From Leucoraja erinacea (lineage: Eukaryota), in assembly GCF_028641065.1 (NCBI RefSeq), contig NC_073407.1:15004001-15068000 (forward strand): 64,000 nt of DNA, written 5' to 3'. The notes under the pieces were generated by a model, which made no database searches, had not been told where the DNA came from, and worked only from the letters and a program-made list of their open reading frames with translations. Shown one piece after another: positions 13,438-25,649 of the stretch. Numbering within the stretch: position 1 is the stretch's first letter; the number at the start of each line of letters is the position of its first letter. Made by a program: the position numbers and the translations under genes.

Positions 13438-13466
13438 CTCACGCACAGTCCCGCTGCCGCCGCCAT
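13438..13466 (-). CDS. NUP188: NUP188 exon 1 (start codon)
   Basis: ATG GCG GCG GCA GCG GGA CTG TGC GTG AG|gtaaaa = MAAAAGLCV(R); phase 2 matches exon 2. Confidence 0.93.
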
Positions 13467-13590
13467 TACAGAGCTCCTCACGTGACTCTGACATTTGGTC
13501 ACATGACCACTAACCGCCTTCACTTCGTGCGTCCACTGTCACGTGGTCATTCCTTCAACATGGCCGCCACCTGGAAGGTGACCGGTAAGA
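13467..13590. promoter_or_regulatory. Bidirectional NUP188/DOLK promoter with three E-boxes and a YY1-like motif
   Basis: CpG-rich segment between divergent genes. TCACGTGAC at 13478, GTCACATGAC at 13498, GTCACGTGG at 13538, AACATGGCCGCC at about 13557. Confidence 0.7.
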
Positions 13591-15428
13591 AGTGATTCCC
13601 AGTGAATGCTGTTTTACTTCGGGTGAGGTTATCTTTATTTATTTTTGCCTTACTGATCGAATTTTAAAATTGGAATTTAAATATCGATTCTAATTTACTC
13701 CAACCAGCCGTGTCTCGTTTCTGATCATTAAAATTTGAATCACTATAGAGTTCCCGAGAGTGATGATTTTTCGGAAATTTTATACATCATTATGACCATT
13801 CTGTAAATTAAAATTGCAGTACAATATTATTGAAAGTGCCTCAGTTTTCATTTATTGATGTTTGAACAATTTTCAATGGGCGTGCAGTTCTTCTGTAGAT
13901 CTCTTATCCATTTCTAATTAAACGCTTATTCTAATTCCAGTCTTGTTTATCTGCATTGAAGTTCCCTAGTTTTCATTTTAAACACATCACTCATATTGAC
14001 TAGCTGAACCAGAGAGATACAGGTCTTTCAAGACCCTGCTGAACATCAATCACCCATTTATACTAATCCTATACTAATATATTTTTATATTCACCTCCCA
14101 TTCTCATCAATTCCCTCACTTCTCCCAGTTCTGCCATTCAACTACGCACTAGGGTAATTTTACAGTGGCTTTTTAAAACATATAACAGTCATCACAGGAA
14201 CAAGCCTTTCCACCCAGAATGTCCATGCCGAACATGGTCAAATTAATCTAATCTCCTCTGCCTGCACATTATGCCAATACCTCCATGCCTTGCATATCCA
14301 TGTGTCAGTTTAGAAGCCTCTTAAACACCACTATCTGGCCCCATGTCCATCGTGACAGCATATTCTCACCAACGACTTGTACAGCTGCATCATCATGTGC
14401 CAACTTTTATGGTCAATACCATTCTCAATTACAGCAATATTTATTATTTTACATAATTAAAAGGGTTTCTCTGTCAGATTATCTTGTTTTGTTTGTAGGA
14501 GAGCAAGCTGCACATATTGCTATAAATATAGTAATATTGGTAGTAGAGACAAACAATAATGTTGGATTGGACAAAGAGCTTCAGGCAGAGTTTCTAAATG
14601 ACACAGGTTATTATTTAATTAAATATTAATTAGCACCCCATTCTATGTATTGTAATCAGATGTCATATTCCAGCTGCACTTTTCATTCTTTCTCATCACA
14701 TATATAGTGGGATATTAAAAATGTTTACCAGTTGCCAAATAAACATTACAATCACTTAAATACAACTGTATGAAGAAAGGTCCTGACCCAGAGAAGCTGC
14801 CTGACTCGCTGAGTTACTCCAGCACTTTGTGTACTTAATGATAACATATGGATTTTTACTCTCCAAGGGGGACTTTTCAGAGACTATATTATATTAAATG
14901 AATTCTGTCTATTCTGCTATTAAATAATTTCCTTTGTCGCATGAACCAGGAAGAATGCTAAAAATACTTCATTGTTTGAAAACCTCACATTGTTTGAACT
15001 TAATTCTATTCATTGAGGAGAAATCGAAGTAGGAAATTGTCATATTGACAGCAGGCTGAACTGAACAGAGTGCACTGTTTATTGCCAGTCATCTATGAAT
15101 GGAAAACATTTGAATTAATGATAAATAACTGGAAACTTGAAGACTCCAACTATTATTGAAGCAGGATTAATAATACTATTACTTACATCCTTTGACATAT
15201 TAACTTGTAATCTAAATGTAACTAATGTAGTCTGCATTATAATCTCTGTTCCAGGTCTGGCATTGGGTTAGATCAATCCTGTTGCAAAATGCGGAAGAAA
15301 ATCTGATCAAACCGAAAAGATATTTAACAGAATAATCCTTGTCAAATGGAATGGAATATCAAACTTTCATGGATTCTAAATAATTAAAGCTTTTCTTGGT
15401 ACTGTGTGTCAGAAGAGAATCTGCAGTA

Positions 15429-17000
15429 ATGTTGAAAAATCCGGTCTTTGTGGAGTCATTCATTGTTTTCATCATTGTGCTGTCTGTCCACGCTGTAATC
15501 TGGAACAGATTTTCCTGGTGTACCCTCGCTTTAGCCGTTCAGGCTTATTATGTCCAGCACAAATGGGACCGGCTCCTGAAATCTGGCAATGCAGTCTTTC
15601 AGTATCGACCAGCTTTTAGCAGTGGGCTTCTGCCTGCCAGCGTTGTTTTGCCTCTTTTAGGAATCGTGTTAAAGGAGAGATGGGAAATGATTGGAAATGT
15701 GCACTTTGAGCGGTTTTGTATTGTGTGTTCTGCCGCAGGAATGGCCATTGCTCTATTTGTCTCATTACTGGTTTTAGGGCTCACAAAACCGATTCCAACG
15801 AATACCAGCATCGTCTATGGTTTTGCAGCCTGTGCCATAACATACACCTTTAAACACTCTCTCTCTGTGTCAGAAGTAATTGAGATTCTGGAGGTGTTAT
15901 TGATCTTTGTCTATCTCTCTCTCATTGTCCTTTACATCATGCCCAGAAGCTTCACCCCAGGAGAAGTGATGTTGTTCTTATCAGGGTTAAGCATAGTGAC
16001 TAACCAGCTCATCAAACGCTCCTTGACCTTTGGAGATAGCAGATGTGATCCTCTTGCATCATTTCTATTGGTGGCTGTGGTTGGCACGGCACTCCTGGGA
16101 CTGATTTTTACTATTTTGTACTGTTTCATGGACTCAGAGACGTGGGTTTCCTCACTGATCTTCCACGTAATGGTGATTATTTTTGGTTTGGGAATTATGG
16201 CACCATGGTTCTACCGACTGACCAGGAATGATCTTTTTGTTTGGTTTCTCAAGTTCCTCATCAGTACACGAACCAGGATCTACCTACTCAGCTGCTGGTT
16301 CACCCTGGCAATTGTTGCTACAGTCATTGTTTTTTACCAGAACCTTAAGCAATCATCTACATCCAAAGATTACAAAGCTTCCACTGTTGTAAGGAAAATC
16401 TTTCATGCCATTTTAGTGGCAACCTACGTCCCAGGCCTCATCTTTGATCGTCAGTTGCTCTACATCGCTGCTGTGTTTTGTTTTGCTGCATTTGTGGTGT
16501 TGGAATACATAAGGCATTTTAGGATCAAACCATTTGGCATGACATTGAGATCAATGCTGACCCTGTTCCTTGATGGCCGTGATAGCGGGCCCTTGATCCT
16601 AACACATATTTACCTGCTGCTGGGGTTAACCCTGCCCGTTTGGCTGTTTCCTGGAGTTTTTGTTCCCAAAAGTTCTTTTCCTGGGGAGATAGCTTTGGCT
16701 CCGTATGCTGGAGTCCTGGCTGTTGGGATTGGTGATGCCATGGCTTCTGTTTTTGGAAGCACAATGGGGGAGGTTAAATGGCCTGGAACGAAGAAAACCT
16801 TTGAAGGAACAGCGACCTCTGTGTTTGCCCAGATCATTGCTGTTGCTTTGATTTTGATCTTTGATAAAACAGTGAGTCTGAATGGCAGCTACACCTGGAT
16901 TGTGGGATCCATTACTATCGTCTCTCTTCTGGAAGCATACACTGATCAAATAGACAATCTTTTTTTGCCTTTGTATCTTTTCATTATGCTGATGGTGTGA
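15429..17000 (+). CDS. DOLK: Dolichol kinase (523 aa, single coding exon)
   Basis: Multi-pass hydrophobic ORF with [20 protein letters not shown] and the CTP-binding region [28 protein letters not shown]. First in-frame ATG is at 15429 (the ORF track starts at an upstream TTG). Synteny with NUP188 and PHYHD1. Confidence 0.97.
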   Translation: MLKNPVFVESFIVFIIVLSVHAVIWNRFSWCTLALAVQAYYVQHKWDRLLKSGNAVFQYRPAFSSGLLPASVVLPLLGIVLKERWEMIGNVHFERFCIVCSAAGMAIALFVSLLVLGLTKPIPTNTSIVYGFAACAITYTFKHSLSVSEVIEILEVLLIFVYLSLIVLYIMPRSFTPGEVMLFLSGLSIVTNQLIKRSLTFGDSRCDPLASFLLVAVVGTALLGLIFTILYCFMDSETWVSSLIFHVMVIIFGLGIMAPWFYRLTRNDLFVWFLKFLISTRTRIYLLSCWFTLAIVATVIVFYQNLKQSSTSKDYKASTVVRKIFHAILVATYVPGLIFDRQLLYIAAVFCFAAFVVLEYIRHFRIKPFGMTLRSMLTLFLDGRDSGPLILTHIYLLLGLTLPVWLFPGVFVPKSSFPGEIALAPYAGVLAVGIGDAMASVFGSTMGEVKWPGTKKTFEGTATSVFAQIIAVALILIFDKTVSLNGSYTWIVGSITIVSLLEAYTDQIDNLFLPLYLFIMLMV

Positions 17001-18288
17001 AGGGGATTACTGGCATGACTGACTTTGCAGTTAATGTGTTGTGTTTTCCTGCTCTCAGTGTACCACTGTTAAAATCAGAAGAAATCTATCATTTTGTATC
17101 TAGCTGAATTAACTTATTAATTTTTTCAGAAGTGATCCCGTCAAGTTAATAGCTAACTAATAAATTAAGTGTAATTGATAACAAAACTACAAATGAGTGC
17201 AATAGACTTCTCCAATGATAATTCGTAAACAGAAAGATTCCCAGGTGCATACTGAGCTAACTAGTTTCAATGTTTTCAAGGCAGTTGGATAAAAACAAAT
17301 CAGCCAAATTCTCTTTCCACAATAGGTTGAATTTTCAAAGAAGGGGGGATATATTAACGTTCAAGACATAGATCTCTAAGACAGGTGACTGAGGAATTAT
17401 ACCAAAACACCCAAATGACGAGTGATCATATTGTTTTCATGTATAGCTCGCCCAACACAGTTCATTTTGCTGAAAAAATGAAAGAATTGCTGTGGTACTT
17501 TGCAGTTTGATAAAAAATATACATAAATAAAATGATCCAACAATCTTTATTATCCACAACCACTTTCTTAATAATTCTAAGCTTCAATTTGCATGCAAAA
17601 CAATTGCAACTGTTGTGAAGTTCAGCTGAGCAGGCAGCATCTGAACAATAGAAAATCTTTCCCCTTACTCCTCATGTCCTTCCCAACCATCCCTACAATT
17701 TCAAATGAAGATGGGAGGGGAGAAATTAGGTAGTGTGTTTTAAAAAAGCAAATTTTGACTGAAGAGAAACATATTTGTCATACCATGGATCTGAAGATTT
17801 TGCCAAATACATGCCTGAAAGCTAGACTGAACAATTTCTAGTGTTTGTGGTAAATAGAAAACAGAACTATAAAATATATTTAGTGAGACAATGGTAGGAG
17901 AAAAATGCTGGAATTTATTATGAAAGAATTGCTAAAATGTTTTTTTTTAAATAGGATTGACAAAAGATTAATGAAAGAAATCATGTTTGACATATCCGGT
18001 TTAATTTTTTTAAGGTTGTAAATAACATAATAGGAAGAGTGAACCAGTTGATGCAGTGTATATAATTAGTGTATACAGCCCTCAATAGAGTGCACGGTAT
18101 GAGCAAGTATACTGGCCAGGACTGAGGATTAGTTAATAAGATATATAACAAGGGTTGGGATAACAGGTAATTTTCTTGATTTTGGAGAATGTGGGGTGCC
18201 ATAGGGTTGGGGTTAGGGCCCCATCTGTATCAAAGGTTTGGTTGAGGATATCAAATATTAAATATCCATGTTTGTTGGTGTACAAAAT

Positions 18289-18820
18289 AGTCAAGTCAAG
18301 TTTATTCGTCACATACACATACGAGATGTGCAGTGAAATGAAAAGTGGCAATGCTTGCGTACTTTGTGCAAAAAACAAACAAACAACCAAACAAACTATA
18401 AACACAATCATGAACACACACATATTCTTTTACATATTAAATATTGGAAGGAAAAATGTTCAGTAAAGTTAGTCCCTGGTGAGATAGGAGTTCACAGTCC
18501 GAATGGCCTCTGGGAAGAAACTCCTTCTCAACCTCTCCGTTCTCACAGCATGGCAACGGAGGCGTTTGCCTGACCGTAGCAGCTGGAACAGTCCGTTACA
18601 TGGGTGGAAGGGGTCTCCCATGATTTTATTGGCTCTGGAGTTGCACCTCCTGATGTATAGTTCCTGCAGGGGGGCGAGTGAAGTTCCCATAGTGCGTTCG
18701 GCCGAATGCACTACTCTCTGCAGAGCCTTCTTGTCCTGGGCAGAGCAATTCCCAAACCAGATGGTAATATTTCCGGACAAGATGCTTTCGACAGCCGCTG
18801 CGTAGAAGCACTGGAGGATG
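18289..18820 (-). mobile_element. Rex1/Babar-type LINE 3' fragment
   Basis: ESILSGNITIWFGNC...LQRVV...FQLLRSGKRLR...RRSFFPEAIR; (CTTGA)n tail. Confidence 0.75.
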
Positions 18821-21069
18821 GCAATGTGGTCAGAGAGGATGCAGAAAGGCTTTGGGGATGTGGAAAATTTGGCATGGCTCATGGCAGATGCAATATAGTG
18901 TGGAAAATGTAAAGCCATCTGTTTTGATTGAAAAGATAAAAGGTGAAGTATTCTTCAAATGATGAGATATTGATAAATGTTGTTAAAAGACACTTTTAGC
19001 AGCGAGCAACTAGATAGGCATTGGAAAGTTGGCTATGATTGCATGAGGTTGTGAGTACGAATAGAGATGTACTGTACCAGGGTCCTGATGAAATTATATC
19101 TGGAATAGCGCCTATGTGTCCGGTCCTAGTGAAGGATAAACATGTGACAGAAGGAGGTGTAGCAAACGTTGCGATCCTATTTTGGGGTGGCAACGATAAA
19201 ACATTCTGTCTAGGATGTCCACAACTAGTTACATTTTCAAAATAAGAGTTCAGGACAGATGAGAATACATTTTTACAGAGGGTACTGATTTTTTGGAATT
19301 CTCTACTCGAGAGTTGTGAAGGCTCAGTGTGGGAGTATATTCCAAACATCAATAGATTTATGCAGGTTTTGTTTCATTATTGTCACGTCCCAAGTACAGT
19401 GAAAAGCTTTGTTTTGCATGCTATCCAAACAGATATGCCATAAATAGATACAATCAGTTCCAACTCGAGTACATTAGATAGAGCAGAGGGGAAGATTGGT
19501 TATAATTTGCAGCATTGTAGTGTCGCCCGTTCCTTAGGCAAAGTCCAATGTCTTTAATGGGGTTGAGGTGTATCGAACAGTACCCCAGCTGATGGAAGGA
19601 CCATTCAGTGCCTAATAACGGAGGGGAGAAGCTGTTCCCGAGTCTAGCGGTGAGTGTTTTACCAAGCGAATGAAGGAATGTGCAGATAGTGTAAGAAAGT
19701 AGTGTTAGGTTAAAAGATCAACCACAATCTAAACCACAAATTTATATCTTATGAAGATGCAGCTACCCGGAGAAATTTGTCTGCATTTCCTGCCTAATTT
19801 ACTTTCATGAGATAGACCTTCTATCCTAGGTACCAATCATCACTGTGCTCTATTTATACATATCAATCTCCATGATCGACACAATCTCTGATTGACACAA
19901 TTAACTGCAGTTGTTGGAATTTTGAGCAAAACACAAAGTATAGTTTGAGTAGGATGTCCATGTTAACTCTGTTGTTGCTATTGTTTTCTAAGAGTCCTAA
20001 TTTAATACTAATCCTAAAGAGATTCCAGTCAGTATTCCAGAACTGTATTTTGTTCCAGATGAATTAAGCATAATTCACAGAATACAACAAGGATACTTTG
20101 TTGCATCATTTTGCTGGAATATTGATCAATTCAGGATTTGAGGCTAGGAGAGTGTATGAGGCAAACTAAACATTTCCCCCCGTAATGTATTTTCTCCTAT
20201 GTTTTCAATGATGTACTTTGCTGTGAAATGTTTGTGGTTTAAGAAATTCACTGAACTTTTCTGAACAATTGTATATAATGGAATGAAATTAGGAAATGGA
20301 AGATTACACAGGTCCATAATGCATGTTTGTAAAATAAACCTCAAATGAATGCAATTACAGGTTACTTTGTTAATAATTAAACTGTGAATAAAAGACAAAT
20401 TCTGAAATAAATTACTGCAAGTGCTGTAAATCTGAAGTCCAAACAAATGTGTTATATTCTCAACAAATCGTGCAGCATCTTTGGTGAGAGAAACATGGTT
20501 AAGTGTTTCAGGCCAATGACTTTTCACCAGAAATGGGAAAAGTTAGAAATAATTTGGAAATTGCAAAAAAGAGGAGGACAAAGCCCATCTATTGGAAGAA
20601 GCCAATAAGGGCAAGTGAACAACAAACGTATGTGGATGAAAATAGGATATGAATAGATTCTAAAACATTATAAGGGAGAGGGAGAATAAAACATGAAAGC
20701 TGAAAATGGAAGATACAAGACTAGAATAGCCAATTATGTGTCAGTTGTTGAATTCATGGTGACTCCAAAACTCTAATCTGCCAGGGCAGAAATTGACAAG
20801 CTGTCATCCCTTCTGATCGATTCAGGTGCTAACACTTCGTTCTTCAACTAATCCAATAGGATTTCTATTTATCTCTCACATCCCAGTACATTTGTTTGCA
20901 CTCTCAAAAGCAATTGCTCCCACTTACCATATGATCACCTCCATGGTTATTCACAGAAAAACTCAGTGATTGGATCCATTCCTCAGGAATCATCCACATG
21001 AGGGAGCGAAACAGGAAAGATCAAATAAGCAAAAGTAAAACAGAAGAAATTCCACAACAAATGTATTCC

Positions 21070-21410
21070 TAAAAATAAAAGAGAAGAAGTACAACATAGC
21101 AAAGATGACCGGGAAGCCAGAGGATTGGGTAACATTTAAGGAGCAGCAGAAGATCACTAAAAAGGCAATACGGGGAGAAAAGATGAGGTACAAAGGTAAG
21201 CTAGCCAAGAATATAAAGAAGGATAGTAAAATCTTCTTTAGGTATGTGAAGAGGAAAAAATTAGTTAAGACCAAAGTTGGACCCTCAAGAATTGAAAAAG
21301 GTGAATTTATTATGGAGAACAAGGAAATGGCAGATGAGTTGAACAGGTACTTTGGATCTGTCTTCACTAAGGAGGACATAAACAATCTTCCTGATGTACA
21401 AGTGGCCAGA
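21070..21410 (+). mobile_element. CR1 ORF2 internal fragment
   Basis: KLAKNIKKDSKIFFRYVKRK...NRYFGSVFTKED, homologous to ORF2 at 33169-35853. Confidence 0.8.
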
Positions 21411-21578
21411 GGAGCTACTTATCTGAAAATGTCATGCTTTATTTCTCAAGTTATTACTGAAAATGTTCAAAAATCTGATAAAACGTTGAATTTAAAAACG
21501 ACTGTCTTTCACTGATGACGTCACAATGGGTCTGCGTGCCGTCTTCCACGCGCTGCGAGTGACGTCACCCACCCCCCC

Positions 21579-21629
<51 letters not shown>

Positions 21630-22666
21630 TTATTCAAAAGACGCTGCCGGAGATGAAGTCGGCCCCTGCACTTTAGTCGCCGAACTCGCAGTCCCATTTT
21701 GCAGCACACAAAGAAAGAATACAGACTCAGGATGTGTACGTCCCCATTAGAGTGAAAAAGTGAAAAACAAAGCAGGCAAACATAAGGAAGCTTGGCTGAC
21801 AAGGGACATTGAGACGTTAGTCAAAAACAAGAAGGATGCATGGGACAGATATAGGCAGCTGGGATGAAGTGCATCCCTGGAGGAGTTTTGGGAACTAAGC
21901 AGCAAACTAAAAAAGATCAGAAGGGCAAAAAGGGGCCAGGGGATAGCTCTGGCGGGTAGCATAAAAGCCAATCCCAAAAGATTTTATGAATACATTAGGG
22001 GGAAATGAGTAACTAGAGAGTGGGACCTCTCAGGAATCAAAGCGGTCACCTCTGTGTGGAGCCAAAGGAGATGGGCAAGGTCCTCAATGAGTATTTCTCC
22101 TCTGTATTTACCGAGGAGAAAGACAGTAGGACGGAGGAAATTGGAGCAGTCACTGGAAATGTCAGGGTTACCGTTGAGGAAGTACTGAAGGTACTATCGT
22201 GTTTGAAGGTAGACAAATCCCCAGGGCCTGATCAGATATATCTGAGGACATTGCGGGAAACTAGAGAAGAAATTGCTGGAGCCCTGATTGAAATTTATGA
22301 GTTGTCCTTAAATACAGGAGGTGATAGAGGATTGAGGGTGGCAAATGTTGTGCCTCTTTTCAAGAAAGGCTGCAGGGAAAATGCTGGAAACTATAGGCCG
22401 GTGAGCTTAACATGTGTAGTTGGTAAGTTACTGGGGAGTATTCTGAGGGTTAGCATATACAGGCATTTGGATGGGCAAGGGCTTATTAGGGATAGTTTGG
22501 TTTTGTACGTGGGAGGTCATGCCTCACAAATCTGATTGATTTTTTTGAAGAAGTGAGCTAAAAGCTTGATGAAGGCAGTGCTGTAGATGTTGTGTACATG
22601 GACTTTTAGTAAGGCGTTCGACAAGGTGCCGCATGGTAGGCTGCTCTGGAAGGTTAGATCTAATTG

Positions 22667-23370
22667 TGAAAAAGGTTAACTTATAACTAAACAAACAGGT
22701 TCACTTCTTAATAAACAGACAACTCACAAAGCGGTTTGGTAGGCCAATTCAAAACTTTATTAATTATCGGCCGATGGAAGTGGCAAGGAAAACCCCAGGC
22801 AAGTGAGCAACACAGACACTTGGCTGTCCTCAGTCCACTTCCCTGAACACAGAATTACATGGTATTTTGTACTGTTCTTTTGTCACCTAAGCACATTCAA
22901 AAGACATCAGTCATGGTCAGAGGTACAGTAAATACACATTACTACAGGATGCATTTGTCTCTTGTCAATCATCAGTCGCATCAAAGGCACCCTGTCATGT
23001 GGTACAAGGCATTTGCATATCAAAGGCATCGGACATTGGTACAAGGCGCTTACATATCAAAAGCATCGGACATTGGTACAAGGCACTTGCATATCAATGT
23101 CATCAGTCACTGCATACCTCAAAGGCATCGGACATTGTCTAAATACCCCATACTGGGATTCATCTGGGCTTCCTCTCTCATCAATCGGTAGATGCATTTC
23201 AAAGTCATCAGTCATTGTCTCAATACACAGCAACCCGAGGCAAGATTGGGCTTGCCTTTCTGTATCAACCTACTGGAGAAAAGCCTGCTTTGAGACTAAA
23301 TGTAAGTGTAATCTAGCCCAGGAATCCATTTAATATTTTCTTATATTTTAAACATCATTCAGCCTTATCA
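22667..23370 (-). mobile_element. Solo LTR (704 bp)
   Basis: TG...CA termini with imperfect inverted ends (TGAAAAAGG / CCTTATCA). 4-bp TSD ATTG at 22663-22666 and 23371-23374. Minus-strand AATAAA at about 22756. Internal tandem repeats of about 35 bp. Confidence 0.8.
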
Positions 23371-23576
23371 ATTGGATCCAAGGAGAGATAGCCGAATGGA
23401 TAGCAAATTGGCTCCATGGAAGGAAGCAGGGGGTGATGGTGGAAGGTTGCTTCTCAGAATGGAGGCCTGTGACTAGTGGTGTGCCACAGGGTTCAGTGCT
23501 GGGCCTGTTACTGTTTGTCATCTACATCAATGATTTGGATGACAACATATAGGGCAAGATTAGCAAGTTTGCTGAT

Positions 23577-23937
23577 AGAAACATAGAAAGTAGGTGCAGG
23601 AGTAGACCATTCGGCCCTTCGAGCCTGCACCGCCATTCAATATGATCATGGCTGATCATCCAACTCACTATCCCATCCCTGCCTTCTCTCCATACCCCCT
23701 GATCCCTTTAGCCACAAGGGCCACATCTAACTCCCTCTTAAATATAGCCAATGAACTGGCCTCAACTACCTTCTGTGGCAGAGAATTCCACAGATTCACC
23801 ACTTTCTGTGTAAAAAATGATTTTCTCATCTCGGTCCTAAAAGACTTCCCTCTTATCCTTAAACTGTGACCCCTAGTTCTGGACTTCCCCAACATCGGGA
23901 ATAATCTTCCTGCATCTATCCTGTCCAACCCCTTAAT
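23577..23937 (-). mobile_element. Young CR1 3' fragment nested in an older CR1
   Basis: Near-identical to 32827-33190 and 60143-60510. Confidence 0.9.
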
Positions 23938-25085
23938 CATCCCAGATGATACAAAAGTTAGTGGTTTTGCAGATAGTGAAGATAGTTGTGAACAATTGCA
24001 GCAGGATCTGGATCGATTGTTCAGGTGGTCGGAGGAATGTTTGATGGAATTTAATACAGAGAAATGTGATGTGTTGCATTTAGGGATGTTGAACAAGGGC
24101 AGGACCTACTCAATAAATGGTAGGCCTCTGGGTTGTGTTGTAGAGCAGAGGCCTAGGAGTACAAGTGCATTGTTCCATGAAGGTCGAGTCGCAGGTAGAT
24201 AAGGTGGTCAAAAAGGTTTTTGGCTCTTTGGCCTTCATTAGTCAAAGTATTGAGTATAGAAGTTGGGAGGTCATGTTGCAGTTGTATAAGACGTTGCTTG
24301 GATTGTATTTGGAATATTGTGTTCAGTTCTGGGCACCATGTTATAGGAAAGATATTGTCAAGCTTGAAAGGGTTCAGAAAAGAGTTACGAGGATGTTGCC
24401 AGGACTAGAGGGTGTGAGCTACAGGGAGAGGTTGAGTAGGCTGGGTCTCTATTCCATGGAGCGTAGGAGGATGAGGGGGTTATTATAGAGGTATATAAAA
24501 TCATGAGAGGAATAGATTGGGTAGATGCACGGAGTCTTTGACTCAGAGTAGGGGAATCGAGGACCAGAGGACATAGCTTCAAGGTGAAGGGGAAAAGATT
24601 TAATAACAATCCGAGGGGTAACATTTTCCACAAGGGTGTATGGAACAAACAGCCAGATGAGGTGGTTGAAGCTGGGACTATCCCATTGTTTAAGAAACAG
24701 TTGGACAGGTACATGGATAGGACAGGTTTGGAGGGTTATGGACCTAGCGCAGGCAAGTGGTAGCTAAGGTAGCTGGGACATTGTTGGCCGGTGTGGGCGA
24801 GTTGGGCCGAAGGGCCTGTTTCCACGTTGTATTACTCTATAACTCTAAGAGAAGAAAACAGAAGGAATGAAACCACGGAAGAAAGCAATCCCAGAAACTT
24901 AATTTATTTCACAATTATCTGTAAGCAATACTGCAGGAAAACATTTAGTAAAAGCGCTCCCATCAAAAGCTGTTCATGTTTCATATGGAATAACAATTAA
25001 AAATATTATATTTTGCAATAAACAAGACAGGAGATTTCACCATTCACCTCAGTTCTTCCTCCAGTCCCAGTTGCTAAAATATAGT

Positions 25086-25131
25086 TTAAGTGTAAAGAGG
25101 TGAGAACGGGAGTTCCGGAGTGGGCTGCAAC
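25086..25131 (-). CDS. PHYHD1: PHYHD1 exon 11 (stop)
   Basis: (W)LQPTPELPFSPLYT*; minus-strand AATAAA at 24903-24908. Confidence 0.93.
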
Positions 25132-25418
25132 CTAGAATTGAAAAAAGGCACGTTGATTACACTCTTTTGAAAAAATGGTTCAAGTTTATTCAGCCAGTTT
25201 TCCATCATAGTCTCCTGGAATGATACAGCACAGAAGATCATTCAGCCCATCGTGTCTATGTGGTTCTGCCACACAATTAGAACAGCATCTTTTCTTCCTC
25301 GTCATCTTTTCAAAAGTCAATATTACATTTATTTCCAGTACCATTCAATGCATTGTAAGCCACAACTCAATCAGGAATAGGTAATTTTACCTCATGCTCT
25401 TTTGCCTATCATTTAAGG

Positions 25419-25629
25419 CAAGGGTTCCCAACCTAGGGTAAATTTACCCCCAGGGGGTAAATTTGTTGATTCTGGATTTGTACATATTTTTTCTCATTGA
25501 CTGACTTTGTTTGGTTCCGGTATACCGGTATCAGTTCATCATTAGTATTCATAAATAAGTGAAATAACATTGTTAGGTGCTATTAAAGTTGCCAGGGGTA
25601 AACGGGAAGAAAAAGGTTGGGAACCCCTG
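25419..25629. mobile_element. hAT MITE (211 bp)
   Basis: TIRs CAAGGGTTCCCAACCT / AGGTTGGGAACCCCTG; 8-bp TSD ATTTAAGG at 25411-25418 and 25630-25637. Confidence 0.9.
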
Positions 25630-25649
25630 ATTTAAGGTGCGGTACTCAG

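Larger units (their letters stand above)
1..13466 (-). other. NUP188: NUP188 gene, 5' part (coding exons 1-9; continues beyond the left edge)
   Basis: Nine exons with GT-AG boundaries splice in frame to MAAAAGLCVRSSRELWTILLGRSALRDT...TERHVSRWFIQCLREQALILEIMFLYYAY, which matches the vertebrate NUP188 N-terminus. Head-to-head with DOLK as in human. Confidence 0.96.
21720..24848 (+). mobile_element. CR1 LINE ORF2 fragment interrupted by two nested insertions
   Basis: DKSPGPD, NYRPVSLT, FADDTK and YCVQFW motifs are collinear once 22667-23370 and about 23577-23944 are removed; (ACTCTA) tail. Confidence 0.88.

Noticed and set aside
21410-21715. Two TGACGTCA (CRE) motifs beside a poly-C run as a promoter
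   Set aside because: They are sandwiched between LINE fragments, far from any 5' gene end, and are more likely part of an unclassified repeat.
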